The translations under genes and the position numbers were made by a program. DNA of 64,000 nt from an uncultured Candidatus Saccharibacteria bacterium (lineage in GTDB: Bacteria > Patescibacteriota > Doudnabacteria > UBA920), in the NCBI GenBank assembly GCA_964520505.1, contig CAZFQP010000001.1, positions 45,113 to 109,112 of the forward strand, read 5' to 3'. The notes under the pieces were generated by a model, which worked only from the letters and a program-made list of their open reading frames with translations, was not told the DNA's origin and ran no database searches. Each line of letters starts with the position of its first letter. Position 1 is the stretch's first letter. Below, one piece after another: positions 55,702 to 64,000 of this stretch.

Positions 55702-56097
55702 ATGGAATCTTTTGATTTTACCGAGTTTGATAATATTTGGTCATTGTTAGGCAAAGAAATTTGCCAAGCTATATATATTAACCCTCGGAGCCAGGAAATA
55801 AAGAACTCTTTGCAGAAGAACGGTTTTTTGACCCTGGAAGAGAAAAGCGACTTTATTAATATTTGCGATCAAACCAAGTATAAAATAATTTTTGCTAAAT
55901 TCGGGGAAGAAGGCTCTGAAGGTTACAAAAAATTTAGTGAGGCCTGGAAAGAATGGTTTCAGAAAAAAGGTGTGGAGAGCCAAAAAGACAGAGGCCAAAG
56001 AAGCAGTGTAGACCACATATTATTTGGCAGTACCCCTGACCCCGCCCCCTTCTTGCTTCATTTTGAAGAAGAAATGCTGGGTAGTATGAAGAAGTAA
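55702..56097 (+). CDS. Hypothetical protein
   Basis: 131 aa ORF followed by a strong terminator. Confidence 0.4.
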   Translation: MESFDFTEFDNIWSLLGKEICQAIYINPRSQEIKNSLQKNGFLTLEEKSDFINICDQTKYKIIFAKFGEEGSEGYKKFSEAWKEWFQKKGVESQKDRGQRSSVDHILFGSTPDPAPFLLHFEEEMLGSMKK

Positions 56098-56109
56098 AAT
56101 GAATTTTTA

Positions 56110-56139
56110 ACCCCCGGGTAATTCCGGGGGTTTTAGTTT
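56110..56139 (+). terminator. Rho-independent terminator CCCCCGG-GTAATT-CCGGGGG plus TTTTAGTTT
   Basis: 7-bp GC stem plus T-tract. Confidence 0.7.
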
Positions 56140-56190
56140 ATCAAGTGCTTGTTTCTTTCCCCAGTATTGCTTGTGTGTTAATATAAAAAT

Positions 56191-56607
56191 ATGAAATGTA
56201 TTTTTTGTGACATTGTGAAAAATAAGGTAGAGAGTTTTAAGGTTTGGGAGAATAATGAGTTTATTCTTAAATTGGATATTAATCCCATCAAGCCCGGGCA
56301 TTTGTTATTAATCCCGAAAAAACATATACCTGATGTTTTTAAAATGCCAAATAAAGATTATGGTAAGCTTTTTGCTTTGATTAAAAAAGTTGTACCAATA
56401 TTAAAGTCTATTTCCAAAGCTAAGCGGATAGGGTTGGCGATTGAAGGTTTTGGGGTTGACCACGCGCACGTTCATCTTGTCCCCGTGAATACGGGAAACG
56501 AACTTAATCCGGTAAAGGCTAAAAAGGCCCCAGTAAGCGAACTAAAAAAACAGCAGGCTTTATTCATTAGTAAATTTAAAAAATATAAATTAATTAAGTC
56601 AGTTTAA
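56191..56607 (+). CDS. HIT family hydrolase
   Basis: Histidine triad VDHAHVHLVP. Confidence 0.8.
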   Translation: MKCIFCDIVKNKVESFKVWENNEFILKLDINPIKPGHLLLIPKKHIPDVFKMPNKDYGKLFALIKKVVPILKSISKAKRIGLAIEGFGVDHAHVHLVPVNTGNELNPVKAKKAPVSELKKQQALFISKFKKYKLIKSV

Positions 56608-56621
56608 TATATTTAGAAAAT

Positions 56622-56655
56622 AAAAATCCCTCTCGATATATCGGGAGGGATTTTA
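56622..56655. terminator. Bidirectional terminator ATCCCTCTCGAT-AT-ATCGGGAGGGAT with flanking A/T tracts
   Basis: Roughly 11-bp stem with one mismatch. Confidence 0.6.
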
Positions 56656-56666
56656 GTTTATCTTAC

Positions 56667-58334
56667 CTACCCTTGGTTTTTTGTTAAATCAACCAATGTG
56701 GTTTCTTTGAGGTCGTTATTTATGGGTAAGCTAAAAATAAAGCTTGAACCCTTGCCTGGACCCGGGCTCTCGGCCCAAATTTTGCCCTTGTGCTGGCCAA
56801 TAATGATTTTGGCGACATACAAGCCAAGTCCGAGTCCCGCGCTCTGCTTGACCGATTCTTTGCCCCGGGAGAATTTTTCAAAAATACTGTCGGCTTCTTC
56901 CGGGGAGATTCCTTTTCCTGTATCCTGGGTCTGGAAAATTATTTGGCCGTTCTCGGCGCGTAGGCTCACATTAACGCTTCCGGCCTTGGTATATTTTATG
57001 GCATTATCGATCATGTTATTCATAACCTGCCTGACTTTTTCTTTGTCAGCCATAATCTCCGGGAATTTTCCTTTGGGAATTTTAAAGGTTAATGCCAGTC
57101 CTTTTTCTTTGGCGATTGGCTCCAATTGTTCAAAAGTAATTTTGGCTAAATCTAAAAGATTGGCCGGCTGGAACAAAAATTCCATTTTCCCTCGCTCAAT
57201 GCGCGAAACATTAAGCATGTCGTCAACCAAAGAAATAAGTGAGTTATTGGTGCGGTTGGTTTTTTCCAGAATTTCTTTTTGCTCAGCCTTTAGTTTGCCG
57301 TAATCACCATCTAGAATGGAACTTAAGTACCATTTAATAGTTGCCGGCGGAGTGCGCAGCTGGTGGGAAGCAATGGTAATAAATTCGCTTCTGGCTTTAT
57401 CCAAAGCCTTTAGCTTCTCATTGGCATCTTCTAACTGTTTGGTTAAAATTTCCAATTTTTCTCTTTGTTCAACTTCTTTTCTAACACTTTTAAGTAATAT
57501 CGTACTTATTACCAATAAAATAAGGAAAATTATGAAACGTAATGCTATTTCAAATGAGCTCTTTGATAGAATAACTTCTACAAAACTTGCAACAAGTAGT
57601 AAAAAAGTTGCAATCTCTGTGGAAATGACTTTTGCATTAAAAAGATGGTGTTTTAATATCGCATAGGCAGTAAAAATTATAAAAGGGAATACAAAAACTG
57701 AAGCTAGTGGAATAAAACTATAATTTTGGAAAAAGTTTGGCGCAATAAAGTTAAAAGAAATTATTAATAAAAAGGTTAGGGCTGTGCCTGAAAAGAGCAA
57801 ATTAAGTTGAGTTTTTTGTATTAGAGTTGTTTTTGTATGTCTTTTAATGAGTTGTATAATACTGGTAATAACTAGACCGATAGCCACAATGGCAAATAAA
57901 AATATTCCTGGGCCTGGAATAGCCTCTGCTACTTGGCCAATATTTTTTGTGGGTAAAACCGATGAATACATCAAAGGGGTTAAAGTGATAATAGATGTGA
58001 CAGTAACAAGCCAGATTAGGTATTTTTTTACAAAAAATGGCAGTTCTTTTTGTTCATCCGGATACACGTATGTTAACAAAAAGAATGAGTAAGCTTGCCA
58101 AGTAGCGCAGAACATAACAAGTCGTATAAACCATAAAATAATTAAAGTATCTTGGAATTGGTAGAGCAAAAAATTAAATATTCCCCAAATTGAACTTATA
58201 AATGTAAATAAGAAAAAGTAGTTATTTGTTTTGCTTTTTGTGTTGCTCAAATAAACCACTAATCCCAATAAAATATTTGCAGCGGTTGCAATGCCGACGG
58301 AAAGTAGTCCTAAATTTGTTAGTAAATTTGTCAT
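56667..58334 (-). CDS. Sensor histidine kinase with N-terminal 7TM-receptor-type membrane domain (start likely the MTNLL Met, 1 nt after the upstream gene)
   Basis: HisKA H-box (FITIASHQLRTP), HATPase N/G boxes (NMIDNAIKYT; GLGLGLY), 7 N-terminal TM helices, coiled-coil linker. Confidence 0.8.
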   Translation of the reverse strand: MTNLLTNLGLLSVGIATAANILLGLVVYLSNTKSKTNNYFFLFTFISSIWGIFNFLLYQFQDTLIILWFIRLVMFCATWQAYSFFLLTYVYPDEQKELPFFVKKYLIWLVTVTSIITLTPLMYSSVLPTKNIGQVAEAIPGPGIFLFAIVAIGLVITSIIQLIKRHTKTTLIQKTQLNLLFSGTALTFLLIISFNFIAPNFFQNYSFIPLASVFVFPFIIFTAYAILKHHLFNAKVISTEIATFLLLVASFVEVILSKSSFEIALRFIIFLILLVISTILLKSVRKEVEQREKLEILTKQLEDANEKLKALDKARSEFITIASHQLRTPPATIKWYLSSILDGDYGKLKAEQKEILEKTNRTNNSLISLVDDMLNVSRIERGKMEFLFQPANLLDLAKITFEQLEPIAKEKGLALTFKIPKGKFPEIMADKEKVRQVMNNMIDNAIKYTKAGSVNVSLRAENGQIIFQTQDTGKGISPEEADSIFEKFSRGKESVKQSAGLGLGLYVAKIIIGQHKGKIWAESPGPGKGSSFIFSLPINNDLKETTLVDLTKNQG

Positions 58335-58335
58335 T

Positions 58336-59391
58336 TTATTTGGAGATAATTTCTTCAGTCGAAAGCCGTGGGGTTGTTGCAGACGGAGCGGACGATTCAC
58401 CGACCCGAAACATAAAAATTATATTTTGTTTGTCAGAATTTATTAGAGTTGATACTTTTGCCATTGATTGCTCGATTTCCTTAATATGTTCAGGGGCAAG
58501 TTCTTGTCTTTCTGCGGCAATCAATATTTGATTAAGTAAAACTAGTCCCGCAAGTGGCTGTAATGATAATCCCATTGAGGTTGTTAATAACCAAGTGCGC
58601 TGTAATAACCTACCACTAAAGACAAAATCATTTTTTGAATTTCCTGGCGAGACTATGGCTCCAATTGCCCCGGAGTTAGAATATATCTTGGAATTTTCTT
58701 TGGAGATAAATTTTGCTAACCCAAATTTGTCCATAAAACTCATTATATTCCAGGAAGAACATAATTTGAAAACAAGCTGTTGTATCGGATTCATTTCCAG
58801 AGTTTTTATGAACATCTTGTCGTTTATTTCTGAACCTTTTTGGCCCCAGCTAATATTGCTGAACAAGAATTTGTGCAGCTTTTTGTTTTGTAAAACTATT
58901 TTTTCATTAATGCTTAATAATTTAGCTAAAGCTTTTACTTTTTCGCGTTCCGCGGCCAGTATAACTTTGCCGTTGAAAGAATCAATTTTTAAGTTTAGTA
59001 TTGCTGAAATTTGTTCTTTAGGTACCGATTTATCTTTGTATGGCTTGCGGTTTGTATGCCTTTTACTTATGAAATTGTATAAGTAATCAGCTTCTTTGTC
59101 TGTAGGCGTGAAAGTTAGTGAGGCTACAAGATTTGGGTTTGAACTTCTTGGAAATAAACTAATTTCTGTATCAAATTTGTGGGCAAGAGCAACGATTTTG
59201 ATGTTTTCAATAAATGCTCCATGTGAGATGTAAGCAGCTTTCTGGTCAAAATTATAAACGGATTGATCTTTTTCTGGTAAGTTAAATATTTCCAATCCAC
59301 CAGGGATAATTTTAAATTTCCATGGCTGGCAATTATCGCCAGATGGAGCAAAATTTGCTTCCGTAAGAATTTTTTTTATTTTTTCAATCAT
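58336..59391 (-). CDS. Double-length nitroreductase-fold (FMN) oxidoreductase, SagB/McbC-like
   Basis: PSGDNCQPWKF near the N-terminus is the nitroreductase-family signature; 351 aa is about twice a canonical nitroreductase. Confidence 0.55.
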   Translation of the reverse strand: MIEKIKKILTEANFAPSGDNCQPWKFKIIPGGLEIFNLPEKDQSVYNFDQKAAYISHGAFIENIKIVALAHKFDTEISLFPRSSNPNLVASLTFTPTDKEADYLYNFISKRHTNRKPYKDKSVPKEQISAILNLKIDSFNGKVILAAEREKVKALAKLLSINEKIVLQNKKLHKFLFSNISWGQKGSEINDKMFIKTLEMNPIQQLVFKLCSSWNIMSFMDKFGLAKFISKENSKIYSNSGAIGAIVSPGNSKNDFVFSGRLLQRTWLLTTSMGLSLQPLAGLVLLNQILIAAERQELAPEHIKEIEQSMAKVSTLINSDKQNIIFMFRVGESSAPSATTPRLSTEEIISK

Positions 59392-60521
59392 TCAACGCCC
59401 AATTTTTTTAATAAAGAAACTTTATGTTTTTTATTTTTTTCTTCCCCAAAGAAACTGTCTATATTAATATCGTATCTTCCGCTTTTTAGCGGCTGGCCCA
59501 ATAATATTTTTCTGCCAATATTTGCCAGCACTGAACCACATAAAGTTGCCGCGCTGCCAAGTTGGGGCCAGGAATATAAAGTATTGCCAACTTCTAAAAC
59601 GGATTCGAGCATTCTTACGCTGGAAAGCTTTGCGCCTGCAATCTTAGCCATAATTTTAGGAAGGTTTCGAGGGGGGATTAATTTAAACTCTTCGGAGGTC
59701 ATGGATCCTAAAAGTCCGTGCAGGATTTGAAGTTTTTTATTTTTATCGTATCTTTCGATATCGGCAATCACGCCGTCTCCGTTATCTGCGGCCATTATAA
59801 CCGGTATGCCTAGCGGTCTAACCATTTCCCTTATTTTGATTTTTAAATACGGATAATCAGTTTCTTCTATCAATAAATCAATTTTATTTTTTAACAACGA
59901 ATGAAGATTTTTTTCGTTAATGCCTTCAGGATAGATTTTTATCTTAGAGTAAGGATTAATTTCAAAAATTTGTCTGGCGACGGCCTTGGTTTTGTTAAGT
60001 CCAAGATTATAAAAACCTGTTCGTATTCTATTAATGTTGGATCCGGAAATGCTATCGGGATCCGCTAAGGTGAGAAATTTTCCGCCGCCTGTCAAAGCAA
60101 TAGTTAGTGCGACATGGCTGCCAACGCTCATCCCCAAGATCACAATATGGCTGTTATAGAATTTTTGTTGTTCCTCACTAGTAATTAAATTTCTATTTCT
60201 TCCGGTTCTAAGCTCCGTATGTATGTCTTCTTTAAGAAACAAAACCATTTTTTTTAACCAAGGAAAATAAAACCATTCCGTCCGGTGTTTGTTTTTTAAT
60301 TTGAATTTCTCAGACTCTTTTTTGTAATCCGGTAAAAATCTGGTTTTGGGATTGCGCAGCTGGTAAAGTTCCTCTAGTTGCATTTCTATTTCATTAACAA
60401 AAGTTACCCCTGCCGAAGACTGATTTATTTTAGCAAGGGTTTTTTGCCAATTGGTAATATTTTTTATGCGAATTGGTTGCCACAGTTCGCGTTCCTCAGT
60501 TGTTTTAATGTTTTTTTTCAT
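59388..60521 (-). CDS. ThiF/MoeB/E1-like adenylyltransferase with about 120-aa N-terminal extension
   Basis: Rossmann nucleotide-binding VILGMSVGSHVALTIALTGGG starting near residue 128, then the E1-like core (DPDSISGSNINR...). Confidence 0.65.
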   Translation of the reverse strand: MKKNIKTTEERELWQPIRIKNITNWQKTLAKINQSSAGVTFVNEIEMQLEELYQLRNPKTRFLPDYKKESEKFKLKNKHRTEWFYFPWLKKMVLFLKEDIHTELRTGRNRNLITSEEQQKFYNSHIVILGMSVGSHVALTIALTGGGKFLTLADPDSISGSNINRIRTGFYNLGLNKTKAVARQIFEINPYSKIKIYPEGINEKNLHSLLKNKIDLLIEETDYPYLKIKIREMVRPLGIPVIMAADNGDGVIADIERYDKNKKLQILHGLLGSMTSEEFKLIPPRNLPKIMAKIAGAKLSSVRMLESVLEVGNTLYSWPQLGSAATLCGSVLANIGRKILLGQPLKSGRYDINIDSFFGEEKNKKHKVSLLKKLGVE

Positions 60522-60530
60522 TTCGCGTAT

Positions 60531-62030
60531 TTATTTTATCGTCCATTTTTGCTTTCCGCCGCCTTTGAAGTATGGAGCGCTTCTATAAGGCCAAAGGGTA
60601 ATTTTCGGGGTATTTTTTTTTGGCATGGCAGAGTGATTGTTTCGAAATTCCGAATTTTTCTCCAAAAGAGTTCTAATAAGAGAAGCTGTTAATAATTTAC
60701 GAAAATTTGACGGGGGTAAAACATTTTTTTTAAGTTCAATATTAACATGTAGAAAAGGGTTGTGGTTTTTATCTCGCTCTAATATGGAACTGAACTTGCC
60801 GGTAAGTTTATTGGACTGTTCTGTAAAAAGTAGCGATTCTTTAATATGCTGCGGATAAATATTAGCTCCATACCAGCTAACCACCATATCACTTCTTTCA
60901 TAAACATAAACAAAGGGGAGCTTCCAAACTGTTTCATAAATTTTTTTGTTTACGCTTTCTTTTTTTAAGTCAACACCATTTTTTGCAAAAAGCTCTCCCA
61001 TTTTTCCATAATTTATTATGCCCCCTTTATCCTTCAGGTCGTATCGAAATAGGGGCAGGCCGCTCTGCGAGGAACAAATCAGTTGTCCTTTTTCTTCTTG
61101 GAAATAAAACATCTCCGGTAAATATTGAGCTAAGGTTGGTTGGGTTAGCGAATCGATGAAAATCGGGGAGTTTTTTAGTTTTCCTTCAACATCAAGGCGT
61201 CTTATTAAAACACTAATCGGTGTTTCATAAGCAAGAGTTCCTTGGTCAACAGTTCCATAATGATTTAGAGTTGATAAGTATGGGTTAGAAAGTCCGGCTT
61301 GATTTAAAATATAATCCCGAAAATTTTCAGTAAATGACTCCGCTGAAAAAACAAATTTAAGTTTATCTTTTTTCCAGTTTATCTTTTTTTCCAAGCCCTC
61401 ATCAAGAACTTCTTTTACAAATGGGGGATACCCGCCAATAATAATTTGGTCAAATTTCCCACCAAATTTTTTTATCGCGTTTAAAACTTCATTTTTATTT
61501 AAACCAGGGTTAATTATGCTTAAGCGATATTGTCCTGTATCCGCAATTAATTTTATTGCCTGGTAAGTAAATAAGCCCCCAATCCATACCCCTAAAGCAA
61601 AAGCATTTATATAAAGAGTTGATTTATTATCAATTTGAAAATTTGTTTTTAAATATAGTTCAGCTAATAATGCGTATTGTTGATCTTGCTCTGAGCTTCT
61701 CGGGAAATAAAAAGGTTCGCCTGTTGAACCAGAAGTAGCAGCAATTACCCATTGCTTGCTAGAAAATTTTCCATCCCAACAAAGTTGTTCCAAGGGGTAT
61801 TGGCGTAAATATGTATCCTTTGAGATAGTTGGTATTAATGTAAAATCGGAAGCCGATCGAATTTTGTTTGGATTGATTTTATTTTTTTTGAGAAAATGCT
61901 TATAAGCTGGAACCCTTGCAGACATTTCGTGAAAAAGTTTTAGCGCCATTTTCTCGCCGCGCTTAATCCAGTAAGTTTCGGGTTTTGTTTTTAACGCAGC
62001 TAATAATTTTGTGGCCTTGGGTGTCGGCAT
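60531..62030 (-). CDS. PaaK/coenzyme-F390-synthetase-like adenylate-forming enzyme (acyl/aryl-CoA ligase-like)
   Basis: P-loop-like ATSGSTGEPFYFP motif typical of PaaK/COG1541; 499 aa. Confidence 0.6.
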   Translation of the reverse strand: MPTPKATKLLAALKTKPETYWIKRGEKMALKLFHEMSARVPAYKHFLKKNKINPNKIRSASDFTLIPTISKDTYLRQYPLEQLCWDGKFSSKQWVIAATSGSTGEPFYFPRSSEQDQQYALLAELYLKTNFQIDNKSTLYINAFALGVWIGGLFTYQAIKLIADTGQYRLSIINPGLNKNEVLNAIKKFGGKFDQIIIGGYPPFVKEVLDEGLEKKINWKKDKLKFVFSAESFTENFRDYILNQAGLSNPYLSTLNHYGTVDQGTLAYETPISVLIRRLDVEGKLKNSPIFIDSLTQPTLAQYLPEMFYFQEEKGQLICSSQSGLPLFRYDLKDKGGIINYGKMGELFAKNGVDLKKESVNKKIYETVWKLPFVYVYERSDMVVSWYGANIYPQHIKESLLFTEQSNKLTGKFSSILERDKNHNPFLHVNIELKKNVLPPSNFRKLLTASLIRTLLEKNSEFRNNHSAMPKKNTPKITLWPYRSAPYFKGGGKQKWTIK

Positions 62031-62037
62031 AAAATTG

Positions 62038-63075
62038 CTATTTATTGAAAATTTTCTGGGCTATTTCATCCGCAATTAGATTAGTTGCCTTATTTTTTAA
62101 TTGGCTTTGCTTAATAATTGTGTGCATCGTGGACTTTATAACTTCTACTTTTTTATAAATCTCCTGGTCAGAAATTTTAGGATTTTCGTATTCTGACACG
62201 ACACAAATTAATCCGCCGCCATTAACCACATAATCCGGGGCATAAAGGATGCCTAATTTATGCAATAATTCGCCGATTCCGGGGTGGGTGAGTTGGTTAT
62301 TCGCACCGCCTAATATTATTTGGGCTTTTATTCTTGGAATTCGTTTTGAGTTTAAAGCATGCGCCATAGCGCAAGGGGACAGCACATCAACTTTTTGGTG
62401 GAAGATTTCATCAACCTTGGTTATTTTAACTTTCGGAAAAGTTTTTGCTATTTTCTTCAGTGTTAATTTATCCGTATCTGTTATATAAATATTTTTTGCT
62501 TTTCCATAAATTGATTTCAATAAAGCTGAACCAATTTTCCCAACACCCTGGATGGCAAATGTTCTATTTTCTAATTCTGTAGTGCCAAAAACATTTTTTA
62601 AACATACATCGAGGGCAAAATTAATGCCTAAGGCGGTGAATTTTACAGGATCAGTTTTTACCCCTACGACGTAAGGGCTGTTTTTCTTCATTTCTTTAAC
62701 TTCCTGTGCGGAAATGCCGACGTCGGCCCCGGTAATAAATAGCCCGTGAAAATAATTAATTTTGTGCGCGTATGCTTTTAGCAGTTTGTTTTTGTTTACA
62801 AGTTTTTTTGGAGAGATAATTACAGCTTTGGCACCCCCATACTTTAATCCAGCCATAGCCGATTTATATGACATAAGTTTGGAAAGGCGCACAACATCTC
62901 TTAGTGCTTCATTTTTATTTGCGTATTGCACAAAGCGAGTTGCCCCAAAGGCAGGAGTTTTGTCGCTGCCACGATGCAAAGCAATGAATCCTTCCAATCC
63001 AGCGTCGGAATCTTGGAAATACGATATAACCCGGTGGTTGTCAAAATCTTTTATATCCTTAAAAAAATCTTCCAT
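62038..63075 (-). CDS. Glu/Leu/Phe/Val-family amino-acid dehydrogenase (Leu/Phe/Val dehydrogenase size class)
   Basis: Catalytic-Lys motif KYGGAKAVI and NAD-binding GVGKIGSAL. Confidence 0.75.
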   Translation of the reverse strand: MEDFFKDIKDFDNHRVISYFQDSDAGLEGFIALHRGSDKTPAFGATRFVQYANKNEALRDVVRLSKLMSYKSAMAGLKYGGAKAVIISPKKLVNKNKLLKAYAHKINYFHGLFITGADVGISAQEVKEMKKNSPYVVGVKTDPVKFTALGINFALDVCLKNVFGTTELENRTFAIQGVGKIGSALLKSIYGKAKNIYITDTDKLTLKKIAKTFPKVKITKVDEIFHQKVDVLSPCAMAHALNSKRIPRIKAQIILGGANNQLTHPGIGELLHKLGILYAPDYVVNGGGLICVVSEYENPKISDQEIYKKVEVIKSTMHTIIKQSQLKNKATNLIADEIAQKIFNK

Positions 63076-63138
63076 TTATTTTAGTTTCAGATAGTGTTTA
63101 TCTTTTAAGTCAATTAATTATACCACATCCATGGAATT

Positions 63139-63157
63139 TATGGTATAATTAAGCTAC
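63139..63157. promoter_or_regulatory. Second copy of TATGGTATAATTAAGCTAC extended -10 element, upstream of the orphan receiver gene
   Basis: Exact 19-mer identity with 50463-50481. Confidence 0.5.
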
Positions 63158-63173
63158 TAATAACATAAAATTT

Positions 63174-63569
63174 ATGCCAACAAAAAAACCCATTCAAATT
63201 ATCGTGGCAGAAGATGATATGGCCATGGCCGAGATTGTTACCCACAAGCTAAACGCCGCCGGGTTTGAAGTCAGGCACGCGGAAAACGGCACTCAAGCCC
63301 TGGAAATGTTTAATCAGGCCCCCCCGGATTTAATGCTGCTTGATCTAATGATGCCGGAAATGGATGGCTTTCAGGTTTTGGAGGCAATAAGAGGCAATAC
63401 AGACAAAAAAAAGGCAGCCTTGCCAATAATAGTTTTAAGCAACCTCTGGAGTAACGAAGATATTTTAAAAACGCAAGCGCTTAAAGTAGACGGCTATATG
63501 GTTAAGGCCTACTTTACACCGGACGAGATTTTAGCTAAAATAAATGAAGTTTTAAGTAAAAAATCATAA
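63174..63569 (+). CDS. Stand-alone response-regulator receiver domain protein (CheY-like)
   Basis: Phospho-acceptor D in LLDLMMPEMDG, N-terminal acidic pair (AEDD), K in the C-terminal region; no output domain. Confidence 0.8.
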   Translation: MPTKKPIQIIVAEDDMAMAEIVTHKLNAAGFEVRHAENGTQALEMFNQAPPDLMLLDLMMPEMDGFQVLEAIRGNTDKKKAALPIIVLSNLWSNEDILKTQALKVDGYMVKAYFTPDEILAKINEVLSKKS

Positions 63570-63673
63570 TTAAGTTTCAAACAGGTTGGCAGATATAGCG
63601 AAGACTTGTGGCTCCTAAGCGGGGTTATAGGGAATCGTAAATTTGCCAGTCTCTTGAAACAAAAGGTAATAAA

Positions 63674-64000
63674 ATGGAAGCAAAGAAAATTTCTTGCAAA
63701 ATCGGCGAGGCTGATTTTACATTTGAAACCGGCAAATTAGCCGGGCAAGCCAGTGGTGCCGTGTTAGCCCGCGTAGGCGACACGGTTGTTTTGGCTACAA
63801 CAATAATGAGCGACAAGGCTAGGGAAGGAATAGATTTTTTCCCGCTGTTGTTAGATTACGAAGAACGTCTTTACGCCGCGGGAAAAATTAAAGGCTCGCG
63901 CTGGATTAAGCGAGAAGGAAGAGCGACCGATGATGCCATTTTAAAAGGCCGCGTTATAGACAGAACTTTAAGACCATTATTTCCTGACGGCATGCGTAAC
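63674..64000 (+). CDS. pnp: Polyribonucleotide nucleotidyltransferase (PNPase), N-terminal fragment running off the window
   Basis: MEAKKISCKIGEADFTFETGKLAGQASGAVLARVGDTVVLAT...GIDFFPLLLDYEERLYAAGKIKGSRWIKREG is the canonical PNPase N-terminus (RNase PH-like domain 1). Confidence 0.85.
   Translation, partial: MEAKKISCKIGEADFTFETGKLAGQASGAVLARVGDTVVLATTIMSDKAREGIDFFPLLLDYEERLYAAGKIKGSRWIKREGRATDDAILKGRVIDRTLRPLFPDGMRN

Noticed and set aside
56667-58400. Histidine kinase start at 58400 overlapping the upstream gene by 65 nt
   Set aside because: An in-frame Met (MTNLL) at 58334 gives a 1-nt spacing and places the first TM helix correctly, so the shorter start was preferred.
58336-60521. Canonical thiazole/oxazole-modified microcin cluster
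   Set aside because: An E1-like gene and a SagB-like dehydrogenase are present, but no YcaO cyclodehydratase and no precursor peptide ORF are visible, so a TOMM assignment is not supported.

Overview
This 64-kb window looks like an AT-rich (about 38% GC) chromosomal segment of a small-genome bacterium, with a CPR/Patescibacteria-like gene complement. Gene content includes a secretin-less type IV pilus operon, a 23S-rRNA-IVS four-helix-bundle protein, a GxxExxY protein, DUF2339 and several small membrane proteins. Genes are densely packed on both strands. I can support about 70 CDS and six tRNAs (Arg-TCG, Lys-CTT, His-GTG, Arg-TCT, Arg-GCG and no rRNA), plus a CsoR-CopA-CopZ copper module with a recognisable CsoR operator. 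Also present are an ArsR regulator with two identical 12-2-12 operators, a Mg2+ module (MgtA, a soluble MgtE-N/CBS protein coupled to an NRAMP-related transporter), Zwf/Gnd, BshA/BshB-like glycosyltransferase and deacetylase genes, TypA, PNPase (5' end), S15, and many rho-independent terminators. Three things stand out as candidates for the undescribed system. (1) A roughly 1.5-kb GC-rich cassette (about 55% GC, enteric-like codon usage, perfect AAGGAGG SD, GNRA-tetraloop terminator) sits between 17-bp imperfect direct repeats next to tRNA-His and encodes one 397-aa protein with no family I can name. (2) A tight minus-strand operon encodes an amino-acid dehydrogenase, a PaaK/F390-synthetase-like adenylating enzyme, an N-terminally extended ThiF/E1-like enzyme and a double-length nitroreductase-fold protein, followed by a 7TM histidine kinase and divergent from an orphan receiver. 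(3) A roughly 390-nt GC-rich segment bounded by a promoter and an intrinsic terminator downstream of copZ behaves like a structured RNA or decayed foreign gene; it is neither RNase P RNA nor tmRNA. Smaller oddities include in-frame G-rich palindromic insertions in two CDS, a heptanucleotide tandem repeat inside copA, and tRNA 3' CCA ends built into terminator hairpins. All calls rest on reading motifs by eye; no searches were run.
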